From Nitrospirota bacterium (lineage in GTDB: Bacteria > Nitrospirota > Nitrospiria > 2-01-FULL-66-17): 64,000 nt of DNA. The position numbers and the translations under genes were made by a program. Shown one piece after another: positions 1 to 13,420 of this stretch. Numbering within the stretch: the stretch's first letter is position 1; every line of letters begins with the position of its first letter. The notes beneath the pieces are model-generated. The model saw only the letters and a program-made list of their open reading frames with translations. It searched no databases and was not told the origin of the DNA. The stretch lies in contig JBMOMC010000001.1 in assembly GCA_049325335.1 (NCBI GenBank), forward strand, positions 128,001 to 192,000, given 5' to 3'.

Positions 1-54
1 CGTCGAATCTGTTCGACACGTTGAATCGCGCACGGAATCCTGACGTCCGTTCGG

Positions 55-840
55 TCAGGCATCCCTCGGCGCCCGATGGGACACCAGGCGCGCCACGATC
101 GCCGCCACCGCCAAACAGCAGCCGAAGGCCGCCACGATCGCCGAACCGGTCGGCAGGTCCCATTGGTACGAGCCCCAGAGGCCGACCACGCCGCACGAGC
201 CGGCAGTCGCCACCGCGGCGACACCCGCCCCCCGTCCGACGTTCATCAGTCGGATCACCAGCGCGGGGGCGACTAGATAGGTGAACACCATCAAGACGCC
301 CGCGCTGCGAATCGCGGCCGCGATCGCCACACCGAGCAGCAGATAAAACACGACGGTGGCGCCTCGGCGGGCCGCAGCGGGGTCCACGCGGCGGGTCGCG
401 GTCCTCCAAATCGCGACCGCGATCGCCAGCCCCGCCAAGATCGCCAGTTGGCGGTCGGTCACCCCCAAGATGTTGCCGAACAAGAGGTGAAGAAAGTCGG
501 CGTCTCCGTGCGGGGCCTTGGCCACGACCAGCACGGCGGCGGCCGCCGCCACCGCGTACACCACGCCCATCACCGCTTCCTGGGGAAGTCGGGCGCTGGA
601 GCCCGGCACGGCCAACAACCCGGCGCCGACCACGGTGAACACGACCGACGTGGCGATCGGGTCCCACTCCGCCGCGGTCCCGATCGCCACGCCCAGCGCC
701 GCGATTTGCGCCAGCGCGAGATCCACGAACACGATGCGCCGCCGGATCACCTCGGTTCCCAGCGGCGCGAGGACCACGGCCAAGAGCAGGCAGGCCACGG
801 CGGCCTGACGCATGAACGGGAGCGACAACATCTCGATCAT
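55..840 (-). CDS. Metal ABC transporter permease (ZnuB/MntB, ABC-3 family)
   Basis: Hydrophobic protein from MIEMLSLPF with IVFVDLALAQIAALG and HLLFGNILGV motifs. ATG at 840 overlaps the upstream stop (ATGA). The ORF-track extension to 1509 is a shadow of the upstream gene. Confidence 0.9.
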   Translation of the reverse strand: MIEMLSLPFMRQAAVACLLLAVVLAPLGTEVIRRRIVFVDLALAQIAALGVAIGTAAEWDPIATSVVFTVVGAGLLAVPGSSARLPQEAVMGVVYAVAAAAAVLVVAKAPHGDADFLHLLFGNILGVTDRQLAILAGLAIAVAIWRTATRRVDPAAARRGATVVFYLLLGVAIAAAIRSAGVLMVFTYLVAPALVIRLMNVGRGAGVAAVATAGSCGVVGLWGSYQWDLPTGSAIVAAFGCCLAVAAIVARLVSHRAPRDA

Positions 841-1760
841 TTCGCGGACGGGCCTCCGCCGTTGAGCGCCGCAACTAGGCGCGCCACGTTGGTCGCGAAG
901 AGCGCGACGTAGTCGTCGGTCCCCGGCGTGGCTCCCACGGTGGGCGCGAGTACGAGCACCGTGGCGCCGGTTTGCCGCGCCAAAAGGTCCGGGATGCTCC
1001 GTTCGTGATACGGTTCCATCATGATGACTTTTACCCGCTCGCGCTTCATGAGGTCCGACAACTCCGCTACGTGACTGGGTGGGGGCGGGACACCGGGCTT
1101 GGGCTCGACGTATCCGATCGTCATTAGGCCGAATCGTTTCGTGAAATAGGGCCAACTGTCGTGGTACACGACGATCTTGGCCCCCTGGTACGGCGCGAGA
1201 CGCTTCGTCCACGTGGACAAACCGGTCTCGATTCGGTTGCGAAAGGATTGCGCGTTCGACGTGAACGCGGCGCACCCGGTCGCATCGAGGCCGCACAACC
1301 GTTTCGCGATCGTTTCCGCCACGATCACGCCGTTCATCGGGTCCACAAGATAGTGGGGATTCCCCTTGCCGTGAACGTCGCCCTGGGAGCGGTCCACCGA
1401 TCCCGTGGGAACGCCGAACGCTTGGATCCCTTGCGACGCGTTGAGATGTCCGGGGGCCCCGATGCGGAGACGTGGATTTCGGGCGCTGTCGAGCAACGCG
1501 GGCAACCACCCGCTCTCCAGCTCCAGGCCACCCTCGATCAAGAGGTCGGCCTTGTTGAGTTTGACCAGGAAGCTCGGACGCGGATCCAGAAAATGCGGGT
1601 CCTGAAGTCCGGAAGCCATGCTCGTGACCTCGATTCGGTCTTGGCCGACCTCCTTGGCGATCGCGGCCAAGTCAGGGGTCGTGGTGACCACGGTCAGCGG
1701 CGCGGCGGCAACCGGACACGCCCATGCCGCAAAGAGCACCAGAGCGAGCAACCGTCTCAT
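837..1760 (-). CDS. Metal ABC transporter substrate-binding protein (TroA/ZnuA family)
   Basis: Signal peptide MRRLLALVLFAAWACPVAA; motifs QDPHF, GDVHGKGNPHY, YHDSW, VEPKPGVPP. Confidence 0.92.
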   Translation of the reverse strand: MRRLLALVLFAAWACPVAAAPLTVVTTTPDLAAIAKEVGQDRIEVTSMASGLQDPHFLDPRPSFLVKLNKADLLIEGGLELESGWLPALLDSARNPRLRIGAPGHLNASQGIQAFGVPTGSVDRSQGDVHGKGNPHYLVDPMNGVIVAETIAKRLCGLDATGCAAFTSNAQSFRNRIETGLSTWTKRLAPYQGAKIVVYHDSWPYFTKRFGLMTIGYVEPKPGVPPPPSHVAELSDLMKRERVKVIMMEPYHERSIPDLLARQTGATVLVLAPTVGATPGTDDYVALFATNVARLVAALNGGGPSAK

Positions 1761-1783
1761 GTCATGGCTCCTTGGCATTGTGG

Positions 1784-3055
1784 TTAGAACGCGTGGGCGC
1801 CGTGCGCGCCGATCAAAAACTCCCACTGCAAGAACGCCGAGTGCGCGATGTCCTCGCGGCTCTGCACATCGTCCCGGTTGTACTGCACGCGCCATTTGGA
1901 ATACTCGCTGGGGTAGAACGTCAGGTTGGGCGAGACGCGCACCCGGCGCTCGCGCAGCGGATCGGTCACGTCCCCATTCTCACCCACCACGTACTCGCCA
2001 CGAAGGCCAGCCACCCATCGCGGGGTAAATCCCCACGTGACCTGCGTGTAGCCACCCCGGTCCCTGAGCTGTTCCTCCGGAAACGTCCCGTCCGCGGCGT
2101 TCTCGTACTCGCGCCGCATCAGTTCGGTCTGCCACGCCACAAACGGCCAGCCCTTGACGGTCTGCACCGGCTTCCACTTGTAGTACAAATCGATCCCGTA
2201 GATCTGCGTTCGTGCCGACTCCCCGCTGCTGTTGGGTCCGAACGCCCCGGAAACGCCGACGAGCACGGTCTGGGCGTCGCTCGGATTGAACGACGCGGCC
2301 AACCGCGGCGTGATCGCGAGATCGCCGATCCCTTCGACCCGACGCTCGATCAACGTCCGTCCGAAGAGAATCTCATCGGGCGCGTTGCGAAAGCTGAACA
2401 TGGTCTCGCCCTGGCTGTTCTGCAGCGCGATCAAGGCTTCGGCGTACACCGGGAGCGGTAACAGATACGCCACCTGCATGCCCAGTCCCCGCATCCCGTC
2501 GCCACCGAACAGGCGGCCGTTGATCAAGGGCTGATCCACAAACGCCCACGCGTGGGGATGCTGGGGATTGAGGCGACCGAACTGGGTGAAGAACTGCCCG
2601 GCTCGAAGTTGTAGATTCGCGGGCAATGCGGTCGATGTGATGTAGGCTTCTTCGACTTCGAGGAAGCTTTCCCCTTCCCGATCGATGCCGAAGATCAGAT
2701 GACCGATCGCGGCAAAGTACGGGTCCACGTTTCCGGACAGCGTCAGCTCAAGATTTTGGGCCGTGAATCCCCGCTGGTTGGGATCGTGCGCTCCGGTTTG
2801 CAGCGTCTCCAGGTCCGGCGCTGTGGACGCGCCCGCCGCAAATAGACCGTCGAGCGACATATCCGGATTGAACCGCGGGCCTGTGCCCTGTGACGTCGGC
2901 TGTTTGGCTTCCAACGCGCGCACCGCGGCCCGTGTCTCGGCCAATTCACGCTCCACGCGTTCAAGCGCCGTTTCCTCGGCGTGAGCCGCGGCGCCCGATA
3001 CGACGATGATCCCGAACCACGCCATGACGAATCGATGACACCATGCGTGCTGCAT
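1784..3055 (-). CDS. Putative outer-membrane beta-barrel/porin associated with metal uptake
   Basis: Signal peptide, N-terminal coiled coil, FGRLNPQHPHAW motif, C-terminal IGAHGAHAF; GGAGGAG SD before ATG 3055. Confidence 0.75.
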   Translation of the reverse strand: MQHAWCHRFVMAWFGIIVVSGAAAHAEETALERVERELAETRAAVRALEAKQPTSQGTGPRFNPDMSLDGLFAAGASTAPDLETLQTGAHDPNQRGFTAQNLELTLSGNVDPYFAAIGHLIFGIDREGESFLEVEEAYITSTALPANLQLRAGQFFTQFGRLNPQHPHAWAFVDQPLINGRLFGGDGMRGLGMQVAYLLPLPVYAEALIALQNSQGETMFSFRNAPDEILFGRTLIERRVEGIGDLAITPRLAASFNPSDAQTVLVGVSGAFGPNSSGESARTQIYGIDLYYKWKPVQTVKGWPFVAWQTELMRREYENAADGTFPEEQLRDRGGYTQVTWGFTPRWVAGLRGEYVVGENGDVTDPLRERRVRVSPNLTFYPSEYSKWRVQYNRDDVQSREDIAHSAFLQWEFLIGAHGAHAF

Positions 3056-3075
3056 AGCTCCTCCGCACATGGAAT

Positions 3076-3112
3076 CACGCGCATGCGCGGACGTTGTCCG
3101 CGCATGCGCGTG
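3076..3112. repeat. Perfect 17-bp inverted repeat (hairpin) between the leader ORF and the barrel gene
   Basis: CACGCGCATGCGCGGAC-gtt-GTCCGCGCATGCGCGTG, extended by GGAAT/ATTCC; no U-tract. Confidence 0.85.
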
Positions 3113-3143
3113 GCATTCCGATCAGGTTAGGTGGCTGAGTGCG

Positions 3144-3428
3144 TTACTGCGAGGAACGCGGCGGACCGCGGGAGGAGACGACGAGAACCGACGACTCAGA
3201 AACCGCGTCATGACTCGACGGGAGGAACTCGCTGAGGCTGACAAGGGCGGCGAGCGGCGGAGCAGCGGATTCGGTCGCGTTGGCGTGTTGTACCCACGCC
3301 CCGATAAGGCATCCGTGAGGGTCAGTCAGTTCGTCCTGGGCGTATGCGTGCTGAAGGGAGAAGCCTGAAAACAGCGCCAGGTAGAGCGCAAGGCCCCAGA
3401 CCGAGGCGATAGACGTCGCGCGTTTCAT
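3144..3428 (-). CDS. Small leader protein (94 aa), DUF2946/CruR-like, with C-terminal RGPP motif
   Basis: Signal/TM segment MKRATSIASVWGLALYLALFSGFSLQHAYA, then HGC...H, ending SSRGPPRSSQ; lies directly upstream of an OM transporter gene. Confidence 0.75.
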   Translation of the reverse strand: MKRATSIASVWGLALYLALFSGFSLQHAYAQDELTDPHGCLIGAWVQHANATESAAPPLAALVSLSEFLPSSHDAVSESSVLVVSSRGPPRSSQ

Positions 3429-3438
3429 ATCGCCGCAA

Positions 3439-3468
3439 AATCTAACACAACCACGAAATTCGTGCCAA
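3439..3468 (-). promoter_or_regulatory. Putative sigma70 promoter of the RGPP leader
   Basis: TTGGCA-N18-TAGATT with extended -10 TG; -10 ends 10 nt before ATG 3428; 6-1-6 palindrome CACGAA-A-TTCGTG at 3452-3464. Confidence 0.55.
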
Positions 3469-3501
3469 GCATCGGATTGCGCGCCGACAAGGCTCCACCA
3501 G

Positions 3502-8253
<4,752 letters not shown>

Positions 8254-8257
<4 letters not shown>

Positions 8258-9636
8258 TCCTCACCTGATGCGTGATCGCTCGTCCCGTGGAGAGACTCAC
8301 CCGTAAGTCCCTCCACGTCAGCCACGGCGATTCGGTAGTTGATTAAGGCCCGGAGGTGTTGCGATCGGGCGTGAAACCATGTGCGTTGCGCATCGAACAC
8401 GTCGAGCAACCCGAACTTTCCGATCCGATACCCTTCGTTCACGGCATCGAACGCGGATTGCGCTCCGGGCAGGATCCGCTCCTCAATGGCCACCGCTTCC
8501 CGCTGCGCCGCGGAGAGTGCTCGGTAGGCCTCGGCCAACGCCAGCGAAACCCGCGCGTGTTCGGCTTGTTGCTCCGCCTCCCCTTTGGCCAGCCGGTCGC
8601 GTGCCGCCTGAATGCCCGCGCCGTTGCGGTCGAAGATCGGCAACGGGATCGACAGGCCGGCCGTGAACGTCGAGTCGCCGGTGGTGTCGTATCGCCGATA
8701 CCCACCGAGTACGGTGAGGTCCGGAATCGCCCGCGCGCGCTCCAAATCCAGCGCGGCCCGTCGTTGCGCCAGGTCCGCGGTCCAGCGCGACAGCGCGGGC
8801 GATTGATCGAGACGGCCGGCCAGATCAGACAACGGAGGAATCGGCGACGCGGGACCGAGCGAGCCCTCGGCCTTCTCAAACCGCGGGACCATGCTTCCCC
8901 AGGTGGCTGCCAATCGGCCGCGCGCCGCGTCCACCTCGTTCGCGGCGCGGCCTCGTTCGATCCGCGCGGCGGATAATGCCACCTGAGCCTTGACCTCCTC
9001 GACCGCCGCGACCTTGCCTGCGCGAACCCGTGCGGAGACGATGTCCACGACGCTCTCCGCCAAACGCAACATCTCGTCCGCGAGGGCGAGTTGTTCCTGA
9101 GCACCGAGCAACTCTGCACAAGCTTGTGAAACCTGCGTGATGACCTCGATCCGTTTGCGCTCGTACTCCCATCCGGCCAGATCGCGCGCCAGGGCCGCGG
9201 CCTCGGCTCGTCTCCCCCGCTTGCCGCCCAGTTCGATCAGTTGGCTGATGGTGAGATTGGCCTGCGGCTGAAAAACAGTGTCCGCGGACGCGTTCGAGGA
9301 GCCGATGTCTTGCAGATCCGCAGTCAGTACGGGATTGGGAAGACGACCGGCTTGGATCGCGTCAGCGTCGCGCGCTCGCGCCTCCCACGAGAAGGCTTGG
9401 AGCTCGGGATTGCGCATCAACGCGAGGGCCACCGCCTGCCGAACTGTGATCGCACCGACCGGTTCTTCGAGATCGATGGGTTCCGGACGAGCGGGTGGAC
9501 CGGCCGCAAAGGCCGGTACATCGCGACCAAGGGGACGAGGACTCGGCTCCGTCGTTGCCGTTCGAGTGGCGGCACAACTCACCAGACCAACGCAAATCGT
9601 CAGAACACCCCATACGGCAATCACTGAGACAGGCAT
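8254..9636 (-). CDS. czcC: TolC-family outer membrane factor, CzcC type (lipoprotein)
   Basis: ALMRNPEL, IELGGKR, GLSIPLPIFDRN, YRIGKFGLLDVFDAQR; lipobox LVSC; GGAGG SD at 9641-9645. Confidence 0.92.
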
Positions 9637-9717
9637 ACATCCTCCGAGTTCTTCGCAAGACATGACCGGGCGTCCCTTCCGAGTATCCGGAAGAGCGGAA
9701 CGGGAAGAACCGAGGCG

Positions 9718-10191
9718 TTAAATCAGTAAAACGGTGGTACGGTGGGAACGCAGCGAGGGACTGAGCGAGAATTGATACGGATCAGTCTGATCCGCGCGGA
9801 GTTGAGCGACAGTTACCTCGTCATTCGTGATGAACGGGAGGACGGCGATGACCTGCACGATGGGAACAGCCATTGATACACTTGGCGCCACGGCCTGTTG
9901 TCCGTGGTTCGACAGCGGCAGCTCGTGATCTGGTGGAACATTTCCAAATGTTCCAAATGAGGCGCCGTCGTGCACGTGATCGACAGCCTGGTGTTCATCC
10001 TGGTATCCGTGATGGTGCAACACCAGCCGAAGCTGGTTGTTCGTCGCGGACATGACAGCCTGATGGGAGCCGTCCGCAACCAGGGGAACCAAGAGGAGTC
10101 CTTGCAGGCTGGCGAACCACACGAACAGATAAACAGCAAGCCCCCATCGGACCATGCAGAACCGATCAGATCTCGCAGAAAGTATCTTCAT
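9718..10191 (-). CDS. His-rich membrane-anchored leader protein upstream of czcCBA (CzcI-like position)
   Basis: N-terminal TM WGLAVYLFVWFASLQGLLLVPLVA; HHHGYQDEHQAVDHVHD; C-terminal RSHRTTVLLI. Start chosen from promoter position; 10155 is an alternative. Confidence 0.65.
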   Translation of the reverse strand: MKILSARSDRFCMVRWGLAVYLFVWFASLQGLLLVPLVADGSHQAVMSATNNQLRLVLHHHGYQDEHQAVDHVHDGASFGTFGNVPPDHELPLSNHGQQAVAPSVSMAVPIVQVIAVLPFITNDEVTVAQLRADQTDPYQFSLSPSLRSHRTTVLLI

Positions 10192-10201
10192 GCCGCTGAC
10201 T

Positions 10202-10230
10202 AATCTATCAGACCCGCGGTCGCTGTGCAA
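10202..10230 (-). promoter_or_regulatory. Putative sigma70 promoter of the czc leader
   Basis: TTGCAC-N17-TAGATT with extended -10 TG; -10 ends 10 nt before ATG 10191. Confidence 0.6.
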
Positions 10231-10307
10231 CCGGATCGCCACTCGCATGACTCAGCTTCCCGGGATGGAACTCTCCAGCACCGTTGTCAGACACGCGCCA
10301 CCGGCGC

Positions 10308-11288
10308 TTAATTCCCCACATTGGCCGGATCGATCACTTTGAGCGCTGACGCGTCGCCGCCCAACACCCGCGCCATGGTTTCCACATTTTCCTTCATCAT
10401 GCCGACGTAGGTGTGCTCCACCGCGTCGATCTCGCCGGGCAAGTCATCGTCGCGAAGGGTGTCCACGAACTTGACCTTGGCTTCGCGACCGATTTGATCG
10501 AGCACTTTGCTCGGGAACACCTCGGACCCGAAGATCGCGGGCACGGCCTCGGCTCTCAGTTGTTTGATCAATGCCACCATGTCCTGGGGCGTGGGTTGGG
10601 CGAAGTCCGACGGCTGGACCGCGCCAATCACCTTACACCCATACCGCGGGCAGAAATATGCCCACGAATCATGGTAGGTGACCAATTTGCGATTTTTCTC
10701 CGGGATGGTCTTCATCGTGGCCATGATGGCCTCATCAAGCTGTTTGAGTTTGGCCAAGTAGTCGGCGGCGTTCGCGTCGTAGGCCGACTTATTGGCCGGA
10801 TCGACCTTCACCAGCGCCTCGCGCACCAGTTCCGCGTACTTCATGCCGTGCGCGACGTTGAGCCACAGATGCGGGTTCGGGTCGCCCTTGTCCTCGGGGA
10901 AGGAAAAATCAAAAACCCATTCTTTTCGGCTGATCGTCTGATCCGCCAGTTTCACCACCACGGCGGTCTTCTTTTTGTTCGCCTCGGTCAGGTGCATGGT
11001 CGGAGTTTCAAGGTGCAGGCCATTGACGATAATCAGGTCCGCTTGGGCGACGTATTTCACGTCGCTGGGGACCGGTTCGAATGTGTGCGAGTCTGAGCCT
11101 TCCGGGATAAGCCCGTGAAGATCGACGTGTAGCCCGGCCACGTTCAGCACGATGTTGGTAATCGGCGCAACCGTGGTGAGCACCTTGATCTTCTTGCCGG
11201 TTTCCGCCGCTTGCGCCGGTGCAGCAAGGATGACCGCAGTCAGCACTCCGATGCCGAGAATCCCTTGACGCTGTTTGCTCAAGAACAT
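10308..11288 (-). CDS. Metal ABC transporter substrate-binding protein (TroA/PsaA family)
   Basis: Signal peptide; SDSHTFEP, DPNPHLWL, YHDSW, LRDDD (His3-Asp type site); GGAGGT SD before ATG 11288. Confidence 0.92.
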   Translation of the reverse strand: MFLSKQRQGILGIGVLTAVILAAPAQAAETGKKIKVLTTVAPITNIVLNVAGLHVDLHGLIPEGSDSHTFEPVPSDVKYVAQADLIIVNGLHLETPTMHLTEANKKKTAVVVKLADQTISRKEWVFDFSFPEDKGDPNPHLWLNVAHGMKYAELVREALVKVDPANKSAYDANAADYLAKLKQLDEAIMATMKTIPEKNRKLVTYHDSWAYFCPRYGCKVIGAVQPSDFAQPTPQDMVALIKQLRAEAVPAIFGSEVFPSKVLDQIGREAKVKFVDTLRDDDLPGEIDAVEHTYVGMMKENVETMARVLGGDASALKVIDPANVGN

Positions 11289-11305
11289 GCTTGACCTCCC
11301 CGTCA

Positions 11306-12619
11306 TTAAAAGAACGCCTGAAATCTCACCCCGTATACCACGATCGGGTCGATCGATTGATCGCCGCCCGCGTTCGTCACGTATTGCACGTCGGGCGACA
11401 GGGCCGCGCCGATCCGCTCGCCGTCCCCGGATAACACATACCTGTAGTAGGCCTCAAGATACCCCTCGTTCGCGGCGAACTCCGGACTGCCCAGCGAGGT
11501 CTGAGCCGCCGCGTAGGGATCCCCGATCATGGTCAGGCCGTATGCCATACCGAACGCATCGAACGGCCGGTTGACGAGCCCCCCGCCGACCTCCACGCCC
11601 AGCGAGGCCGCGCGGTCAAAGTGCGCCACCTGGTCGTCCTGTGCGCCATAACGCCCCCAGATGCCGAGATGATCGGTCAACGCTTGATCAAAATTCAGTC
11701 CGACGCCGCGATTTCTCCGGTCCGGAACGAGCGAAAACGCCGGATCGTGGTGGCGATGGTTCTCCCATACGAAAAACCGGTACGTGCCTTCTCGTCCAAA
11801 TGGATCAAGATCTAAATCGATCTCCGCCATGGACCACGGCCGCGTGAACATCTCCTGATAATCCCCGTCACCCTCCATCACGCCAAGGATCAGGGTCAGC
11901 GGCTCGATCGGCCGGAGTTCGAACACGCCCCCGAACCCGTAGAAGTTGCCGGTTCCGCCGAATTCGAGCACAGCGCTCGTTCCGAAGCTCGGCGCGATGA
12001 ACTGCGTCCGCTCGCTATTGGCGTAGGCATTGGTGTCAAAAAACGCGGTGGGGTCGTATTGGCCGACCGTCACCTCCACTCGCTTATCAAGCCAGTGGTG
12101 GTGATAATACGCCTGATCCAGATGAACCGTGGTCTGCCCATCGTCGAACGTCTCGATGTCGTTGTTTGGACCGGTCGGATTGCCATTCGGCGCGGTGAAC
12201 ACCGGGAAGGACTGAAATCCATGCCCCTGGGCCACATCCAGGTGCAACAGCACCAACCCGGCGTCGCTCACCTTGTGTTCGAAAAACAGATCCACCGACA
12301 TGGTGCCTTCTGATTGCGAGCCCCCGGCGAGCGACGGCGTTGTTTGCCCGATCATTGTAATATCGCCGTCGAGCGTCGTCTTCGCAAGAGAATGGAGCGG
12401 GTGCGGCCGGTGCTTGTGACCATCTTCGTCGACCACGGACTCGCCCGGATCGCGATCCCGGTCCTCGAGCGCCTGTAGGCGCGCTTTCAATTCTTCCAAT
12501 TCCTCCCGAACATCGGCCGCGTCCGTTTCGCCCGCGGCACGCGATGGGCTCGGACCCAGCAGCACTCCCGCGATCATGATCCCTGCCCCCAACATGCCTA
12601 AAACCACCCTCCCCGACAT
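11306..12619 (-). CDS. OprB/carbohydrate-porin-like outer membrane protein with His-rich N-terminal segment
   Basis: Signal peptide, coiled coil, GHKHRPHPLH, GQYDPTAFFDTNAYANSERTQF, LSPDVQYVTNAGG, terminal Phe. Confidence 0.8.
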   Translation of the reverse strand: MSGRVVLGMLGAGIMIAGVLLGPSPSRAAGETDAADVREELEELKARLQALEDRDRDPGESVVDEDGHKHRPHPLHSLAKTTLDGDITMIGQTTPSLAGGSQSEGTMSVDLFFEHKVSDAGLVLLHLDVAQGHGFQSFPVFTAPNGNPTGPNNDIETFDDGQTTVHLDQAYYHHHWLDKRVEVTVGQYDPTAFFDTNAYANSERTQFIAPSFGTSAVLEFGGTGNFYGFGGVFELRPIEPLTLILGVMEGDGDYQEMFTRPWSMAEIDLDLDPFGREGTYRFFVWENHRHHDPAFSLVPDRRNRGVGLNFDQALTDHLGIWGRYGAQDDQVAHFDRAASLGVEVGGGLVNRPFDAFGMAYGLTMIGDPYAAAQTSLGSPEFAANEGYLEAYYRYVLSGDGERIGAALSPDVQYVTNAGGDQSIDPIVVYGVRFQAFF

Positions 12620-12652
12620 GGTGCCCCCCAGTATCGATTGTGATTCTATGAA

Positions 12653-12719
12653 GTGTTACGAACTTAACAAACATAACACATACTATATTTCGTGTCACTA
12701 TATAATTTTTTCGTGCTAT
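12653..12719. promoter_or_regulatory. Putative NikR operator(s) in the AT-rich porin promoter
   Basis: GTGTTAC-N13-ATAACAC inverted repeat (12653-12679), plus further half-sites GTGTCAC (12692) and GTGCTAT (12713); adjacent to nikR. Confidence 0.7.
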
Positions 12720-12790
12720 CTCTTCGGAAGAAAACTACGTATAGATATTAAGGACTTAGGAATGTTGTTGGTGCGTTACAGCGACTAGGC

Positions 12791-13225
12791 TTACAGGTCT
12801 TTTCCCGTGGTCGTCATCGTAAACTTGCCGTGTTTGACGCCCTTGGTTCCGATCAGGCGATCGGCCACGTGTTTGACGTCTCGGCCACGGCCCTGGACGA
12901 CCAAAACCTCGAGGCAGTTGTGCTCGTCAAGATGGATGTGGAGGGTGGAGCGAAAGAGTTTCTGGTATTGGTGCTGAAGATCGGTCAGCGTGTCCGACAG
13001 CTCACGGACTTCGTGGTCATAGACAATAGTCACGGTGCCGATGATCTCGCGGTTCTCGTCCCATTCCTGCTCAACGAGCGCGTCGCGGATCAGATCACGG
13101 AGCGCTTCGGACCGGTTGGTATACCCCTTTTGTTCGATGACCCGGTCGAACCGGGTGAGCAGGTTCGCTTCGATCGAGACCCCGAAGCGTTGCAGTTGCC
13201 CGCCGTGCTCGGCGCTCTCATGCAC
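12791..13225 (-). CDS. nikR: Nickel-responsive transcriptional regulator NikR
   Basis: RHH motif RFGVSI...[11 protein letters not shown]; Ni ligands in QHQY...[23 protein letters not shown]. Confidence 0.97.
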   Translation of the reverse strand: MHESAEHGGQLQRFGVSIEANLLTRFDRVIEQKGYTNRSEALRDLIRDALVEQEWDENREIIGTVTIVYDHEVRELSDTLTDLQHQYQKLFRSTLHIHLDEHNCLEVLVVQGRGRDVKHVADRLIGTKGVKHGKFTMTTTGKDL

Positions 13226-13238
13226 GGGAGCGGTCCCT

Positions 13239-13418
13239 AACCCGGGTTATTCATGAAGGTTCGTCGCGAACCCGCGCAGACGCCAGCGAACCGGGCGCTC
13301 GGAGCCGCGAAGGAGGGAGGAGTACTCTCTGCGGTACGCTGACCGACTGAGCGGCGAGACCGCCCGGTTCGCTGGCGTCTGCGCGGGTGCAGTAGAAGCG
13401 TCATGAATAATCCGGGTT
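13239..13418. mobile_element. MITE-like nested inverted-repeat element (180 bp)
   Basis: Terminal 18-bp IR AACCCGGGTTATTCATGA / TCATGAATAATCCGGGTT (1 mismatch); internal perfect 28-bp IR at 13270-13297 and 13361-13388; non-coding. Confidence 0.75.
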
Positions 13419-13420
13419 TA

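Noticed and set aside
841..1509. N-terminal extension of the permease ORF to 484 aa
   Set aside because: Arg-rich alternative-frame overlap with the SBP gene; the ATGA junction at 837-840 marks the real start.
3453..3467. Sigma54-like TGGCACG upstream of the RGPP leader
   Set aside because: The -12 position reads GT rather than GC; a sigma70 extended -10 fits better.
12576..12788. 70-aa plus-strand ORF in the AT-rich gap
   Set aside because: Spans the promoter/operator region and overlaps the porin start; composition is atypical for a coding gene.
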